This document shows positions 55,360-63,970 of a stretch of 64,000 nt of DNA, piece after piece. This DNA is from Clostridia bacterium. Lineage in GTDB: Bacteria; Bacillota; Clostridia; Oscillospirales; CAG-272. Location: positions 2,283 to 66,282 of the forward strand of contig JAQYLJ010000045.1 of NCBI GenBank assembly GCA_028720145.1, read 5' to 3'. Under the pieces are notes generated by a model. That model had not been told where the DNA came from. It worked only from the letters and a program-made list of their open reading frames with translations, and searched no databases. Positions within the stretch are counted from its first letter, which is position 1. Each line of letters opens with the position of its first letter. Position numbers and translations under genes: made by a program.

Positions 55360-55860
55360 AAATGTGCTGATGGGCAGGTCGGTATTGTCTTCACCCTTTT
55401 CGAGCAGACGAATCTCCACTTCATACGCCTTATCGGCGCTGACTCTCACGGTGACGCGGTCACCCACCCTATGCCCGAGGAGCGCCTGCCCGAGCGGTGA
55501 CTCTTTGCTGATAAAACCCGCGAGGGCATCCTGCCTCAGAGTCGTGACAATCTGAATACGGCGGGTCTGGTCTTTATCGGCGCGGTAGTAGGTCACATAG
55601 TCGAAAAGCCCGATGCAATCGGGGGCGGAGGCGACCGGAATGACTTTCGCCGTCCGAATCATCGCTTCGAGATAGCGAATGCGGCTCCGATTCTTGTTCC
55701 GTTCCTGTTTCGCGACTTTATACTCCGCGTTCTCGGAGAGGTCTCCGAACTCGCGCGTGCGCTGGACCTCCGCTCCGAGTGCGGGTGCGAGCACCTCGTA
55801 GCGATAGCGAAGCTCCTCTTTCATTTTTTGAATATCCACTTCCGTGAGTTCGTCGTACAT
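55357..55860 (-). CDS. greA: transcription elongation factor GreA family
   Basis: REFGDLSENAEYKVAKQE in the coiled-coil tip, with a C-terminal FKBP-like domain. 167 aa. Confidence 0.88.
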   Translation of the reverse strand: MYDELTEVDIQKMKEELRYRYEVLAPALGAEVQRTREFGDLSENAEYKVAKQERNKNRSRIRYLEAMIRTAKVIPVASAPDCIGLFDYVTYYRADKDQTRRIQIVTTLRQDALAGFISKESPLGQALLGHRVGDRVTVRVSADKAYEVEIRLLEKGEDNTDLPISTF

Positions 55861-55863
55861 AGC

Positions 55864-56391
55864 TCAGTCCTCCTCTTCGCGATGCTCTTCAATCATGCGG
55901 TAGCCGCTTAGACGCATCTCCTCAATGACCTCGGGTAGCATCTCCCCGAACACCATGATATCCTCTTCTTTTTCTTCTCTCAAAATCAGACGGGAACCGT
56001 CACCGGGATAAATGACCGTCAGCCCCGCTCGCTCGACCTTGGTCTCCAAGCGCGGGCGCTTATCCCACAGAAAGAGATGGACCCCGTCTGCGGTCAGGAA
56101 CAGATACGCCCGACGGATCCCCTCACGGAAGAGGACACCTGCATACACGAAGCAGAGGATCTCCCCCTCGACGCGCTCTTCCGCGCGGCAAATCTTGCGG
56201 TATTCCAAATGGACGACCAGCACAATGATCCCGCAGGTCAAAAGCGCGGCGAGCGATCCGGCGATCATCCCCCACGCCCAAGGGCGCTCAATGTGCAAAA
56301 GCGATAGGATCACCGTCACGACAGCAAACACCAGTCCGCCGACAAGCAGACTGATGACACGGGTCGCGGCGTTCATATAATTTACTTTCAT
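55864..56391 (-). CDS. hypothetical 2-TM membrane protein with cytoplasmic beta-rich domain
   Basis: Two hydrophobic spans followed by a soluble domain of about 100 aa. The start is uncertain (ATG 56391 or 56376) and the RBS is weak. Confidence 0.5.
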   Translation of the reverse strand: MKVNYMNAATRVISLLVGGLVFAVVTVILSLLHIERPWAWGMIAGSLAALLTCGIIVLVVHLEYRKICRAEERVEGEILCFVYAGVLFREGIRRAYLFLTADGVHLFLWDKRPRLETKVERAGLTVIYPGDGSRLILREEKEEDIMVFGEMLPEVIEEMRLSGYRMIEEHREEED

Positions 56392-56489
56392 CGTATGATC
56401 TGTCAAAACAATCGATTCCTCAAAAGCAGTAGCGGATAAAAGAGGTGAGCAGGCTCGGCACCTGCTCACCGTTGGTTCTGCCGTTTGAC

Positions 56490-57887
56490 TTATTTGTTCT
56501 TCCCGAACAGGGCACGCATCAGGAAGTGACCGAACCCGCGCTTCTTCTCGGCGGAAGCGCTCGGTGCCTTCGCGGGTGCGGGAGCTTCCTCTTCGGCGGA
56601 AGTGTCCTCCTCGACGGGAGCTTCCTCCTCTGCGGGAGCTTCTTCCTCCGCGGGAGCTTCCTCCTCCGCGGGAGCTTCCTCCTCTGCGGGAACTTCTTCC
56701 TCCGCGGGAGCTTCTTCCTCTGCGGGAGCTTCTTCCTCAGCAGGAGCTTCTTCAGCGGGAGTCTCCTCAACGGGAGCTTCCTCTTCGACGGGAGCTTCTT
56801 CCTCAACGGGAGTCTCTTCTACGGGAGTTTCCTCTGCGGGAGCGGCCTCAGCAGGTGTTTCTTCCACAGGCGTTTCCGCGACAGGTGCGGCGGCGACGGG
56901 GGTCTCCTCGGTCGTCACGCTCTCGACGGTCTCGGTGGTCTCTTCGGTTTCGGGTTTCTCGGTCTTGCGGAACATACTGGCGTTGAAGATAGCGACGCGA
57001 ATCGCAGTATATTCCTCAATGGGCATCGGTCCCTCTTCGGTCTCGATGTAAATCTCCGCACGGTCGATGTGTTTCTGAACACTCTCAATCCCGTTTCGGC
57101 ATCCCTCTTTGGTCGAATAGGTCTGCGAGGAAATGGTCTGTTTCCCGTTCTTCGCACGGAAACGGAAGGTGTAGGTATCACCGTCCGAGAAAATCTCGAA
57201 CTTCGGGTTGGGTTTCTTTTCTACGGGGTCGACCGTGTTGTCCTGTACCGGCACGCCGCTCGCGTACTCTTTGATGGAGCGAATCGAGCGCTTCGCGCTG
57301 TCGAGGGTCGAATAACTCGGCGAGTCCGCAATGGACGAGAAGTTCGCGGCAAGCAGTTCAAAGCGGAACGACTTTCCGTCCTGATAAATCATGAAACGAC
57401 CGGGACGAGTGGCTTTCTCTTCCTCGGGGGTCTCCTCTTCAACGGCGGTCTCCTCGACGATGGTCTTATCATCGAGTTCCGCGAAGTCCTCGAGGCTGAC
57501 AATGCCGTCGGGGGTCTCGATGCAAACGACGGAATCCTGCACATTGGTCTGCACGCTGGCGACGCCGTTCTTGCAAGCGTCCTTGGAAGTGTAGACCTGC
57601 GAGGAAATCGTCATTCTGCCGTTCCCCGCACGGAAACGGAAGAAGAAATAGTTTCCCTGACGAAAAATCTCAAACTTGGGGTTCGGATATTTCACCTGAT
57701 CTTCCACGGTGTTATCCTGTACGGGAACGCTGTGTGCGTTCTCCATAATCGAACGGATCGACCGTTTTGCACTATCGAGTGTGGTATAAACCGGGGATTC
57801 GGCGATCGAAGAATAGTTGCTCGCCTGCAACTCAAACATATACCCTTCGCCGATCTTCTTAATGACAAATCTGCCCGTGCGCGCCAT
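56490..57887 (-). CDS. tandem-duplicated YegP/DUF1508-like protein with long acidic repeat tail and C-terminal amphipathic helix
   Basis: Four YegP-like half-domains: GRFVIKKIGEGYMFELQASN, KFEIFRQGNYFFFRFRAGNGRMTISSQVYTSK, GRFMIYQDGKSFRFELLAAN and KFEIFSDGDTYTFRFRAKNGKQTISSQTYSTK. The start was trimmed to MARTGRF (GGAGG 7 nt upstream). Confidence 0.75.
   Translation of the reverse strand: MARTGRFVIKKIGEGYMFELQASNYSSIAESPVYTTLDSAKRSIRSIMENAHSVPVQDNTVEDQVKYPNPKFEIFRQGNYFFFRFRAGNGRMTISSQVYTSKDACKNGVASVQTNVQDSVVCIETPDGIVSLEDFAELDDKTIVEETAVEEETPEEEKATRPGRFMIYQDGKSFRFELLAANFSSIADSPSYSTLDSAKRSIRSIKEYASGVPVQDNTVDPVEKKPNPKFEIFSDGDTYTFRFRAKNGKQTISSQTYSTKEGCRNGIESVQKHIDRAEIYIETEEGPMPIEEYTAIRVAIFNASMFRKTEKPETEETTETVESVTTEETPVAAAPVAETPVEETPAEAAPAEETPVEETPVEEEAPVEEEAPVEETPAEEAPAEEEAPAEEEAPAEEEVPAEEEAPAEEEAPAEEEAPAEEEAPVEEDTSAEEEAPAPAKAPSASAEKKRGFGHFLMRALFGKNK
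56616..56840 (-). repeat. 18-bp in-frame tandem repeat encoding (AEEEAP)n
   Basis: GGGAGCTTCYTCCTCYGC units start at 56616, 56634, 56652, 56670, 56688, 56706 and 56724. Degenerate 15-18-bp units continue to about 56840. Confidence 0.85.
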
Positions 57888-58008
57888 ACCGTACCTCCAA
57901 AGAAGTTTCAATCTATGATAGTGCGAAACCGCACCTACATATGCTCATCCTATTCGTTTTCGCCCGAATTTTTCGTGCGGGCGGACGAATTTATTTATAT
58001 TCAAAAAT

Positions 58009-58037
58009 ATAATAACACAACCATTTTTATTTTGCAA
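58009..58037 (-). promoter_or_regulatory. sigma-A type promoter of YegP-like gene
   Basis: Minus strand reads TTGCAA (58037-58032), 17 nt, TATTAT (58014-58009), with a TGT extended -10. The leader is about 115 nt. Confidence 0.5.
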
Positions 58038-58208
58038 CACATTTTTTCGGATTTTTGCAAAAATCGACTTTTGTCAGAGAGGACGCGTAAAAAACGGCTC
58101 CACGCTTATGCCCGATTCACTATTTTTCGGAAAAAATGCGGCAAGGCGGAGCCGTGGTTTTTCCCGTCTGTCCGCGCCTCCTCCCCGAGGTTTTTTCGGT
58201 TTTGACTC

Positions 58209-58237
58209 TTGACACGAGGGAAGCGTTGTGATAGAAT
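58209..58237 (+). promoter_or_regulatory. sigma-A type promoter of tRNA-Thr
   Basis: TTGACA (58209-58214), 17 nt, TAGAAT (58232-58237), with a TGA extended -10. It lies 12 nt before the tRNA 5' end. Confidence 0.65.
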
Positions 58238-58249
58238 ACAAAATATCTT

Positions 58250-58324
58250 GCTGGTGTGGCGCAATGGCAGCGCAACTGATTTGTAATCAGTCGGTTGTAG
58301 GTTCGACTCCTATCACCAGCTCCA
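58250..58324 (+). tRNA. tRNA-Thr (anticodon UGU), CCA encoded
   Basis: Folded by hand. Acceptor GCTGGTG/CACCAGC, D arm GCGC-AATGGCA-GCGC, anticodon arm ACTGA-TTTGTAA-TCAGT (TGT), T arm GTAGG-TTCGACT-CCTAT, 3' TCCA. Confidence 0.9.
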
Positions 58325-58331
58325 ATAATTG

Positions 58332-58368
58332 ACCGTGCCGCCCTCCGGGAGCGGCACGGTTTGTTTTT
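58332..58368 (+). terminator. intrinsic terminator after tRNA-Thr
   Basis: A perfect 10-bp stem ACCGTGCCGC/GCGGCACGGT followed by TTGTTTTT. Confidence 0.8.
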
Positions 58369-58457
58369 GAAAAATGCTCGTGTCGATGACCGCCATCGAC
58401 TGTTTTTCAAGAGAAAACGCCCGACCGAGCGGGCGTTTTCTCTTTTTCTTTTTGCTC

Positions 58458-59258
58458 TTAAACCCCGCAGAGTTCACGGTCGCGGGCGACCACGGCGTTG
58501 AACGCACGGGTCAGGAGTTCCCGATACCCGCCGTCTTCGAGCGCCTTGATGCCCTCGATGGTGGTGCCGCCGGGGGAGCAGACCATCTTGACGAGGGTCT
58601 CGGGATCAATCCCCCCCTCGGAGACCATCTTCGCGCTTCCGCGTGCGGCGGCGGCGGAGATTTCGAGCGCGGTCTCGTAGGAGAATCCCGCGGCGGCTCC
58701 CGCGCGGGCAATGAAATCAATGTACTGATAGGCGAACGCCACGGAAGACCCCGAGAGCGCGGTGAACGCCGAGAAGAGGTCCTCCCGAATGCGGAAGGTC
58801 TCCCCGACCGTCCGAAACACCGCTTCGGCGGCACCGAGATGTTCCTCGGTCGCGTACTTCCCGCCACAGAGCGCGATGGCGGCATCCCCCACCATGGCGT
58901 TGATATTCGGCATGACCCGCACGACGGGCGTGCCTGCGGGGAAATACCCCTCATAGAACGCGAGGTCGCGTCCCGCGGCGATGGAGATGATGAGCTGTCC
59001 CGCACGCACAAAACCCGACACGGTGGGGAGCAATGTGGGGAGCACCTGCGGCTTGACGGCGAGGAGCACCGCATCGGCTGTGCCGAACACCTCTTCGGCT
59101 GTCGCGGGCTGTACGGCATACCGTGCGCGCATCACTTCGGTTTTTTCCTCGCTGATATCCGCGCCGAGAATCTTCGTGTCCGCGAACGCGGGCGTGCGAC
59201 GCATTCCGCCGATGATGGCGGTCGCCATATTGCCGAGACCGATGAATCCGTATGTCAT
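58458..59258 (-). CDS. proC: pyrroline-5-carboxylate reductase
   Basis: MTYGFIGLGNMATAIIGG is the NADP site. Also SPGGTTIEG. The start was trimmed to ATG 59258 (GGGGGA upstream). Confidence 0.92.
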   Translation of the reverse strand: MTYGFIGLGNMATAIIGGMRRTPAFADTKILGADISEEKTEVMRARYAVQPATAEEVFGTADAVLLAVKPQVLPTLLPTVSGFVRAGQLIISIAAGRDLAFYEGYFPAGTPVVRVMPNINAMVGDAAIALCGGKYATEEHLGAAEAVFRTVGETFRIREDLFSAFTALSGSSVAFAYQYIDFIARAGAAAGFSYETALEISAAAARGSAKMVSEGGIDPETLVKMVCSPGGTTIEGIKALEDGGYRELLTRAFNAVVARDRELCGV

Positions 59259-59268
59259 GGTATCCCCC

Positions 59269-60510
59269 TTAACGAACCTGTCCGTTGCCTTGGACAAGAT
59301 ATTTCATGGAAGTGAGTTCCCGGAGACCGAGCGGACCGCGGGCATGGAGCTTCTGGGTCGAGATGCCGATCTCCGCACCAAGTCCGAACTCCCCGCCGTC
59401 GGTGAACCGCGTCGACGCATTGTGATAGACCGCCGCAGCGTCCACCTCACGGAGGAAGCGCTCTGCCGTCTCGGTGTTTTCGGTGACAATACACTCGCTG
59501 TGTCCTGTGCCGTAACGGGAGATGAACGAGATCGCCTCCCCGACATCGGCGACGGCGTGTACCGCCATGATATAGTCATTGTATTCCCTGCCCCAATCGC
59601 TCTCGTCCGCGGGGACGGCACCCGGGGTGTAGCCGAGTGTTTCAGGGTCCGCCCTGAGTTCCACACCCTTTTCGCGAAGCGCGGACGCGAGGAGCGGCAG
59701 AGCGGTTTTCAGAATGTCCCGATGGACGAGCAGACACTCCGCCGCATTACAGACCGACGGGCGGCTGGTCTTGGCGTTGACGGTAATGTTCACCGCCATC
59801 GTGAGGTCTGCGTCTTTATCCACATAGATATGGCAGGTGCCCGCGCCCGTCCGAATGACGGGGACCGTGGCGTTCTCCACCACGGCGCGAATCAATCCCG
59901 CGCCTCCGCGCGGAATCAGGACATCCACATAGTCATTCAGCCGCATGAGCACTTTGGTTGTCTCACGGTCGGTGTCCTCAATCAACTGCACGCAATCGGC
60001 GGGGAAACCCGCGTCCCGCAGGCCATCTCGCATAATGCGGACTGCCGCCGTATTCGAGCGGAGCGCCTCGCTGCCGCCACGGAGAATGACCGCGTTCCCG
60101 CTCTTGAAGCAGAGAGCCGCGGAGTCGGCGGTCACATTGGGGCGCGCCTCGTAGATGACCGCGATGACCCCGATGGGCACCGCGACTTTCGTCAGGCGCA
60201 GTCCGTTCGGGCGTACCGTCTCGTCGAGCACCCGTCCGACAGGATCGGGGAGATCCGCCACTTGGCGCATCCCGTCCGCCATCGCGAGAATCCGCTGTTC
60301 GGTGAGAGAAAGTCGGTCGAGCATCGCGCGGCTGAGTCCGTTCTTTTCCCCGTCCGCGAGATCCAGACGGTTCGCGTCCAAGAGTTCTGCAGTGCGGGCG
60401 ATCAGTGCGTCCGCCATGGTTTGCAGGGCGAGGTTTTTCTGGTCCGTCCCCGCCGTGGCGAGAAAACGTGCCGCTTCTTTCGCCTGTTTTCCGAGTTCGG
60501 TGAGTTCCAT
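59269..60510 (-). CDS. proA: glutamate-5-semialdehyde dehydrogenase
   Basis: 413 aa. VIYEARPNVT and the catalytic-Cys context NAKTSRPSVCNAAE. Confidence 0.93.
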   Translation of the reverse strand: MELTELGKQAKEAARFLATAGTDQKNLALQTMADALIARTAELLDANRLDLADGEKNGLSRAMLDRLSLTEQRILAMADGMRQVADLPDPVGRVLDETVRPNGLRLTKVAVPIGVIAVIYEARPNVTADSAALCFKSGNAVILRGGSEALRSNTAAVRIMRDGLRDAGFPADCVQLIEDTDRETTKVLMRLNDYVDVLIPRGGAGLIRAVVENATVPVIRTGAGTCHIYVDKDADLTMAVNITVNAKTSRPSVCNAAECLLVHRDILKTALPLLASALREKGVELRADPETLGYTPGAVPADESDWGREYNDYIMAVHAVADVGEAISFISRYGTGHSECIVTENTETAERFLREVDAAAVYHNASTRFTDGGEFGLGAEIGISTQKLHARGPLGLRELTSMKYLVQGNGQVR

Positions 60511-60542
60511 AAAATTTCCTTTCGCCGTCCGACGGCTCTTCG

Positions 60543-61616
60543 TTATAGGAGGGTCACCCAGTTGTCGCGGTGGATGGCTTCGCCGTGACTGCCGGGCGTT
60601 TGTGCGAGCGCGAGCAGTTCCTCCCGCGCATAGCCGACAATGCCGCGCCCGATGGGGGTATCACTCCCGACCTCACACACTTCGACGACATCGCCTGCCG
60701 CAAAGTCGCCTTCTGCCCAAAGCACCCCCGGGGGGAGCAAACTCTTCTTCTGCTCGACGAGTGCCTTCGCCGCGCCTGCGTCGACCCAAAGTATCCCTTT
60801 CGGGGTCGCGTGGAACGCGAGCCACTGTCGGCGCACCGACATAAAGTGCTGTACCGAGAAGCAGGTCCCCCGAATGTCGCCCGCGACGGCGTGGAGCAGC
60901 GCATCCTCGGCGGCCGAGGAGCAGATCAACACCTCGACCCCCGCTTTTGTCGCGAGGGATGCACCCGAGAGTTTGGTTTGCATCCCACCCGTCCCGACGC
61001 CGGAGCCGGCGCCGCCCGCGCAGGCGCGGAGGGTGTCATCTATTTTTTCCACGCGGTCGATATGCCGCGCATCCGGGTCTGACGAGGGGTCTGCCGTATA
61101 CAGCCCGTCGATGTCGGTAAGCAAAACCAAGAGGTCGGCGTGTACCATCGCCGCCACCTGTGCGGACAGGGTATCGTTGTCTCCGATGCCGATCTCATCG
61201 ACCGCCACCGTATCGTTCTCATTGACGATGGGAACCGCGCCGCGTTCCAGCAGGACTTCGAGCGCCGCATAGGCGTTGTGGAACCGACGCGCGTCCGAGA
61301 AGTCCTCGCGGGTGAGAAGCAACTGCCCCGTGGCGATGCCGTGCGCGAGGAAACAGCGGTTGTATTCCTCCATGAGTAACCCCTGCCCGACGGCGGCGGA
61401 CGCCTGTTTCTCGGCGATTTTCTTCGGTTTCTGCGAGAACCCGAGACGGCGGAATCCCGCGGCAATCGCACCCGATGACACGAGCACCACCCGATGCCCC
61501 TCTGCGCGCAGGCAGGCAATCTGCCGCACCAGTTCCGCGAGCTTTTCGGGGGCGAGATCCCCTCGTTTTTCGGTGAGAGAACTGGAACCCACCTTGACTA
61601 CAATCAGTTTATTCAT
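60543..61616 (-). CDS. proB: glutamate 5-kinase with C-terminal PUA domain
   Basis: LIVVKVGSSSLT, ENDTVAVDEIGIGDNDTLSA, and a PUA-like C-terminus. The start was trimmed to MNKLIVV. Confidence 0.92.
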   Translation of the reverse strand: MNKLIVVKVGSSSLTEKRGDLAPEKLAELVRQIACLRAEGHRVVLVSSGAIAAGFRRLGFSQKPKKIAEKQASAAVGQGLLMEEYNRCFLAHGIATGQLLLTREDFSDARRFHNAYAALEVLLERGAVPIVNENDTVAVDEIGIGDNDTLSAQVAAMVHADLLVLLTDIDGLYTADPSSDPDARHIDRVEKIDDTLRACAGGAGSGVGTGGMQTKLSGASLATKAGVEVLICSSAAEDALLHAVAGDIRGTCFSVQHFMSVRRQWLAFHATPKGILWVDAGAAKALVEQKKSLLPPGVLWAEGDFAAGDVVEVCEVGSDTPIGRGIVGYAREELLALAQTPGSHGEAIHRDNWVTLL

Positions 61617-61654
61617 ATTGGCGTTTTTCACACCTCTCTCACAAGATTTTACAA

Positions 61655-61683
61655 ATTGTATCACATTCTTTCTAAGATTGCAA
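61655..61683 (-). promoter_or_regulatory. sigma-A type promoter of proBAC
   Basis: Minus strand reads TTGCAA (61683-61678), 17 nt, TACAAT (61660-61655), with a TGA extended -10. The leader is only about 35 nt. Confidence 0.55.
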
Positions 61684-61728
61684 GAAATCTGCGCCCAAAC
61701 CCGCTCCAAACACGCATTTTTTTCTTCC

Positions 61729-61768
61729 ATCCGAATCTCTTCCGATTTTTATCCGAATTTTATCCGAA
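61729..61768. repeat. four direct repeats (A/T)TCCGA(A/T) phased at exactly 11 bp
   Basis: CCGA starts at 61731, 61742, 61753 and 61764. Each copy is followed by an A/T tract. Confidence 0.7.
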
Positions 61769-61796
61769 AAAATGAAGATTTCACGGCAAAAACATG

Positions 61797-61819
61797 AAAA
61801 ACTCCCGCCGAAGCGGGAG
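61797..61819 (-). terminator. intrinsic terminator ending the phage-like gene cluster
   Basis: Minus strand reads CTCCCGC-TTCG-GCGGGAG followed by TTTTT. Confidence 0.75.
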
Positions 61820-61827
61820 AACCTGCG

Positions 61828-62217
61828 TCAAGAGAAGAGACTTCTCTCTTTCGCCTGTTTTTCGGTCAGAATCCAAGCCGCGATGTCATCGAGGGTTTCG
61901 AGCGCGTCCGCGAGGCACGCCCCAATCGAGAGGAGTACCGCGTCACGGTCGAACCCGAGGGGCGTCAGACGGGTGCCGTCATAGCCGAGCCCCTCACAGC
62001 GGTGACTGCCGCGCTGTGTCAGAATACGGACGGTGTTGCGCGCGCGGAGCGCACCTTGCGACACAAAGACTTCTCCCCCCTCTTCGGGGTATGCCGTGCC
62101 GTTCCAAAACAGGGTCGCACCAACGGGGACTGCAATGTGTACGCCGTCTCCGACGGAAATCGGTTCGCGCGTCAAGAGAATCCCGTCCTTTTGTCCAAGG
62201 AGCAGATAACGAATCAT
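61828..62217 (-). CDS. hypothetical protein (phage-associated by context)
   Basis: 129 aa. The start overlaps the upstream stop by 4 nt. The codon bias looks coding. Confidence 0.5.
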   Translation of the reverse strand: MIRYLLLGQKDGILLTREPISVGDGVHIAVPVGATLFWNGTAYPEEGGEVFVSQGALRARNTVRILTQRGSHRCEGLGYDGTRLTPLGFDRDAVLLSIGACLADALETLDDIAAWILTEKQAKERSLFS

Positions 62218-62492
62218 GCGTTTCCACCTCCCCCGAGGTATGCCGCCACCGCGGGCGGAACCTCCGAAAACGCCGTTTCGTCCAAATCCAAAAGCGCCCG
62301 ATACCAGCGGAGTACGGTCTCCCGATCGGCTTGGGTCTCGTCAAGGATGCCGTAGACGACATTCTGTTTATAAATATCGAACGCCGAGAGCAGGTCGCGG
62401 CGGATGTCTCGTTTCACCGAGGTTTCTTCCGCGAGATGCGCGAAAGCCGCGAGGTCGGACATTTTCAGTTTGCGTGCGGATAAGACTTTCAT
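62214..62492 (-). CDS. small hypothetical protein downstream of tail-fibre-like gene
   Basis: 92 aa, with 4-nt start/stop overlaps on both sides, which is typical phage gene packing. Confidence 0.5.
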   Translation of the reverse strand: MKVLSARKLKMSDLAAFAHLAEETSVKRDIRRDLLSAFDIYKQNVVYGILDETQADRETVLRWYRALLDLDETAFSEVPPAVAAYLGGGGNA

Positions 62493-63970
62493 TCGCCGTC
62501 ACCTCCCACCTTGACATAGTAGGCGGCGACAGCAGTCACAGACGAGGGGGCGCCTGTATCTGCGGCTTCTCCCCGTAGAATTTCCTCGGTGCCGCCCTCC
62601 CATGCGAGATAGGTGTTCTCGGGGCAGGAGACGGTCTCACTCGTCGCAGTCGCGTTCGGGTATGCCGCCCACGCGTCTGCGAGGACTTCGGTCCACGCGC
62701 TCGTGTCCTCTCCGCATGACGCAGGCGGAAGCACGACCGGGTGCCCGGTACTTTCGTCCCATCCCAAATAGGCGACCTCGTCCGAGGCGATATTTTCGTA
62801 ATCGTCGGTCTTTGACAAGTTCGAGATGAGACAGGAAAACAGCTCTTTCGTGAGGGTGAGATCGTCCAAAAGATAATACTGCCGCGAGGCGTTCTGTCCG
62901 TTTTTCGTGTACCCCTCTTGATAGCAGAGAGAGACCATCGCGGTTTTCCGCGTGACCGTCTCGGACGCGAGGTCGAGCGTGTCCCATTTTCCGAGGGAAA
63001 CGGCGGCGGGGAGCAGAACCGTACTTGCGGCGTGATAGGGCGCAAACGGCAGGACCGATGCGCCGTGGTTCACCCACAGCCGCAAGGACACATCCATTTC
63101 ATCCCCGCTCGTGTAGGCGTAACTGCCGTTCACGATGGCGATCCCGTAGGAATAGGTCTTTTTATCGAAAGTCACGCTCCCGGGCAAGGCATCGGTCGAA
63201 ATCAAAGAGTGGTTCGTCTCGCCTGTCGCGAGATTTTTCCGAGTGACTTTCCAATACACCGCATTTTTGGCGGTGTATGCCACGCCGTACTTCCCGAAAT
63301 AGTCCGACTGAGCGAATGTGTAGGTTTCTCCGTCTTGGAACAAGTCCTGAGACAATACGAAGAACCCGCGATAGGACCCGGCGGGGATTCCGGAAAAGTG
63401 CAGGTAACCGTCCGATTCCTGCGTGATGGTGACGCCGGATTCCGTGATCCCCTCACCGACCGCTCCGCAGATGTCCGCAAGATTGCTCCCCGTTGATTTC
63501 ACGCCCAAAAATGAGGTGTGTTTCGGTCCCGTACCGGATGCGACGGTATCTCCCGTGACGCGGAGGAAAGAAACGGGCGCACCGTCGACGATGGGGAGCC
63601 CACCGCCCGAGGTACGGTAGCAAAAGGTGTCCTCAGTTGTTTCGAGGAGAACGCTCGCCCCGAGGAGCGTGCGGATCAGCGCAAGCGTCTTTTCGACTGT
63701 GGGGAACGGGAGTGCCGCCGACGCGGTCGGCAGTTCCGCATTCTCGCTCGAATAGAGTTTGAGCTCGCCGCTCTCGGAGTCATAGACCAAACGCTGTGCG
63801 CCGACTGCGGTGTCCGCATAAGCTCTCAGGGCGGCGACCGCGTCCGCGAGTGCGGCATAGACCCCGCCCGAGGTCACGGGCACCGTCCCGTTTTCGACAG
63901 GGGTATCGTCATAGACGGGTGGCGCGGAAAGATGCTCTTTCAGCGTCTCGCAGAAGTCCGCGAGGGACAT
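62489..63970 (-). CDS. phage tail-fibre / receptor-binding-like protein
   Basis: The Ala-rich N-terminus (GGVYAALADAVAALRAYADTAVGAQ) followed by a beta-rich C-terminal domain is a tail-fibre-like architecture, judged by eye only. GAGGGGAAA precedes ATG 63970, but the frame stays open to the window edge, so the start is uncertain. Confidence 0.5.
   Translation of the reverse strand: MSLADFCETLKEHLSAPPVYDDTPVENGTVPVTSGGVYAALADAVAALRAYADTAVGAQRLVYDSESGELKLYSSENAELPTASAALPFPTVEKTLALIRTLLGASVLLETTEDTFCYRTSGGGLPIVDGAPVSFLRVTGDTVASGTGPKHTSFLGVKSTGSNLADICGAVGEGITESGVTITQESDGYLHFSGIPAGSYRGFFVLSQDLFQDGETYTFAQSDYFGKYGVAYTAKNAVYWKVTRKNLATGETNHSLISTDALPGSVTFDKKTYSYGIAIVNGSYAYTSGDEMDVSLRLWVNHGASVLPFAPYHAASTVLLPAAVSLGKWDTLDLASETVTRKTAMVSLCYQEGYTKNGQNASRQYYLLDDLTLTKELFSCLISNLSKTDDYENIASDEVAYLGWDESTGHPVVLPPASCGEDTSAWTEVLADAWAAYPNATATSETVSCPENTYLAWEGGTEEILRGEAADTGAPSSVTAVAAYYVKVGGDGE

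Noticed and set aside
56445-58205. 586-aa plus-strand ORF with GSFLLRGSFF repeats, plus the overlapping 140-aa and 149-aa ORFs
   Set aside because: These are reverse-frame readings of the 18-bp AEEEAP repeat and of the YegP-like gene. They have no RBS, and the ORF continues through an obvious promoter and intergenic region.
58250-58324. tRNA-Thr as the integration site of the nearby phage-like cluster
   Set aside because: The tRNA is 3.5 kb from the cluster, separated from it by the intact proBAC operon, and no duplicated tRNA 3' segment is visible in the window.
58981-60588. 535-aa plus-strand ORF
   Set aside because: It is antisense to proC and proA, and both minus-strand genes carry diagnostic motifs.
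61617-61830. T-box or attenuator leader upstream of proBA, as known for proline genes in some Firmicutes
   Set aside because: The best promoter (61655-61683) leaves a leader of only about 35 nt. There is no specifier or T-box sequence and no terminator/antiterminator pair.
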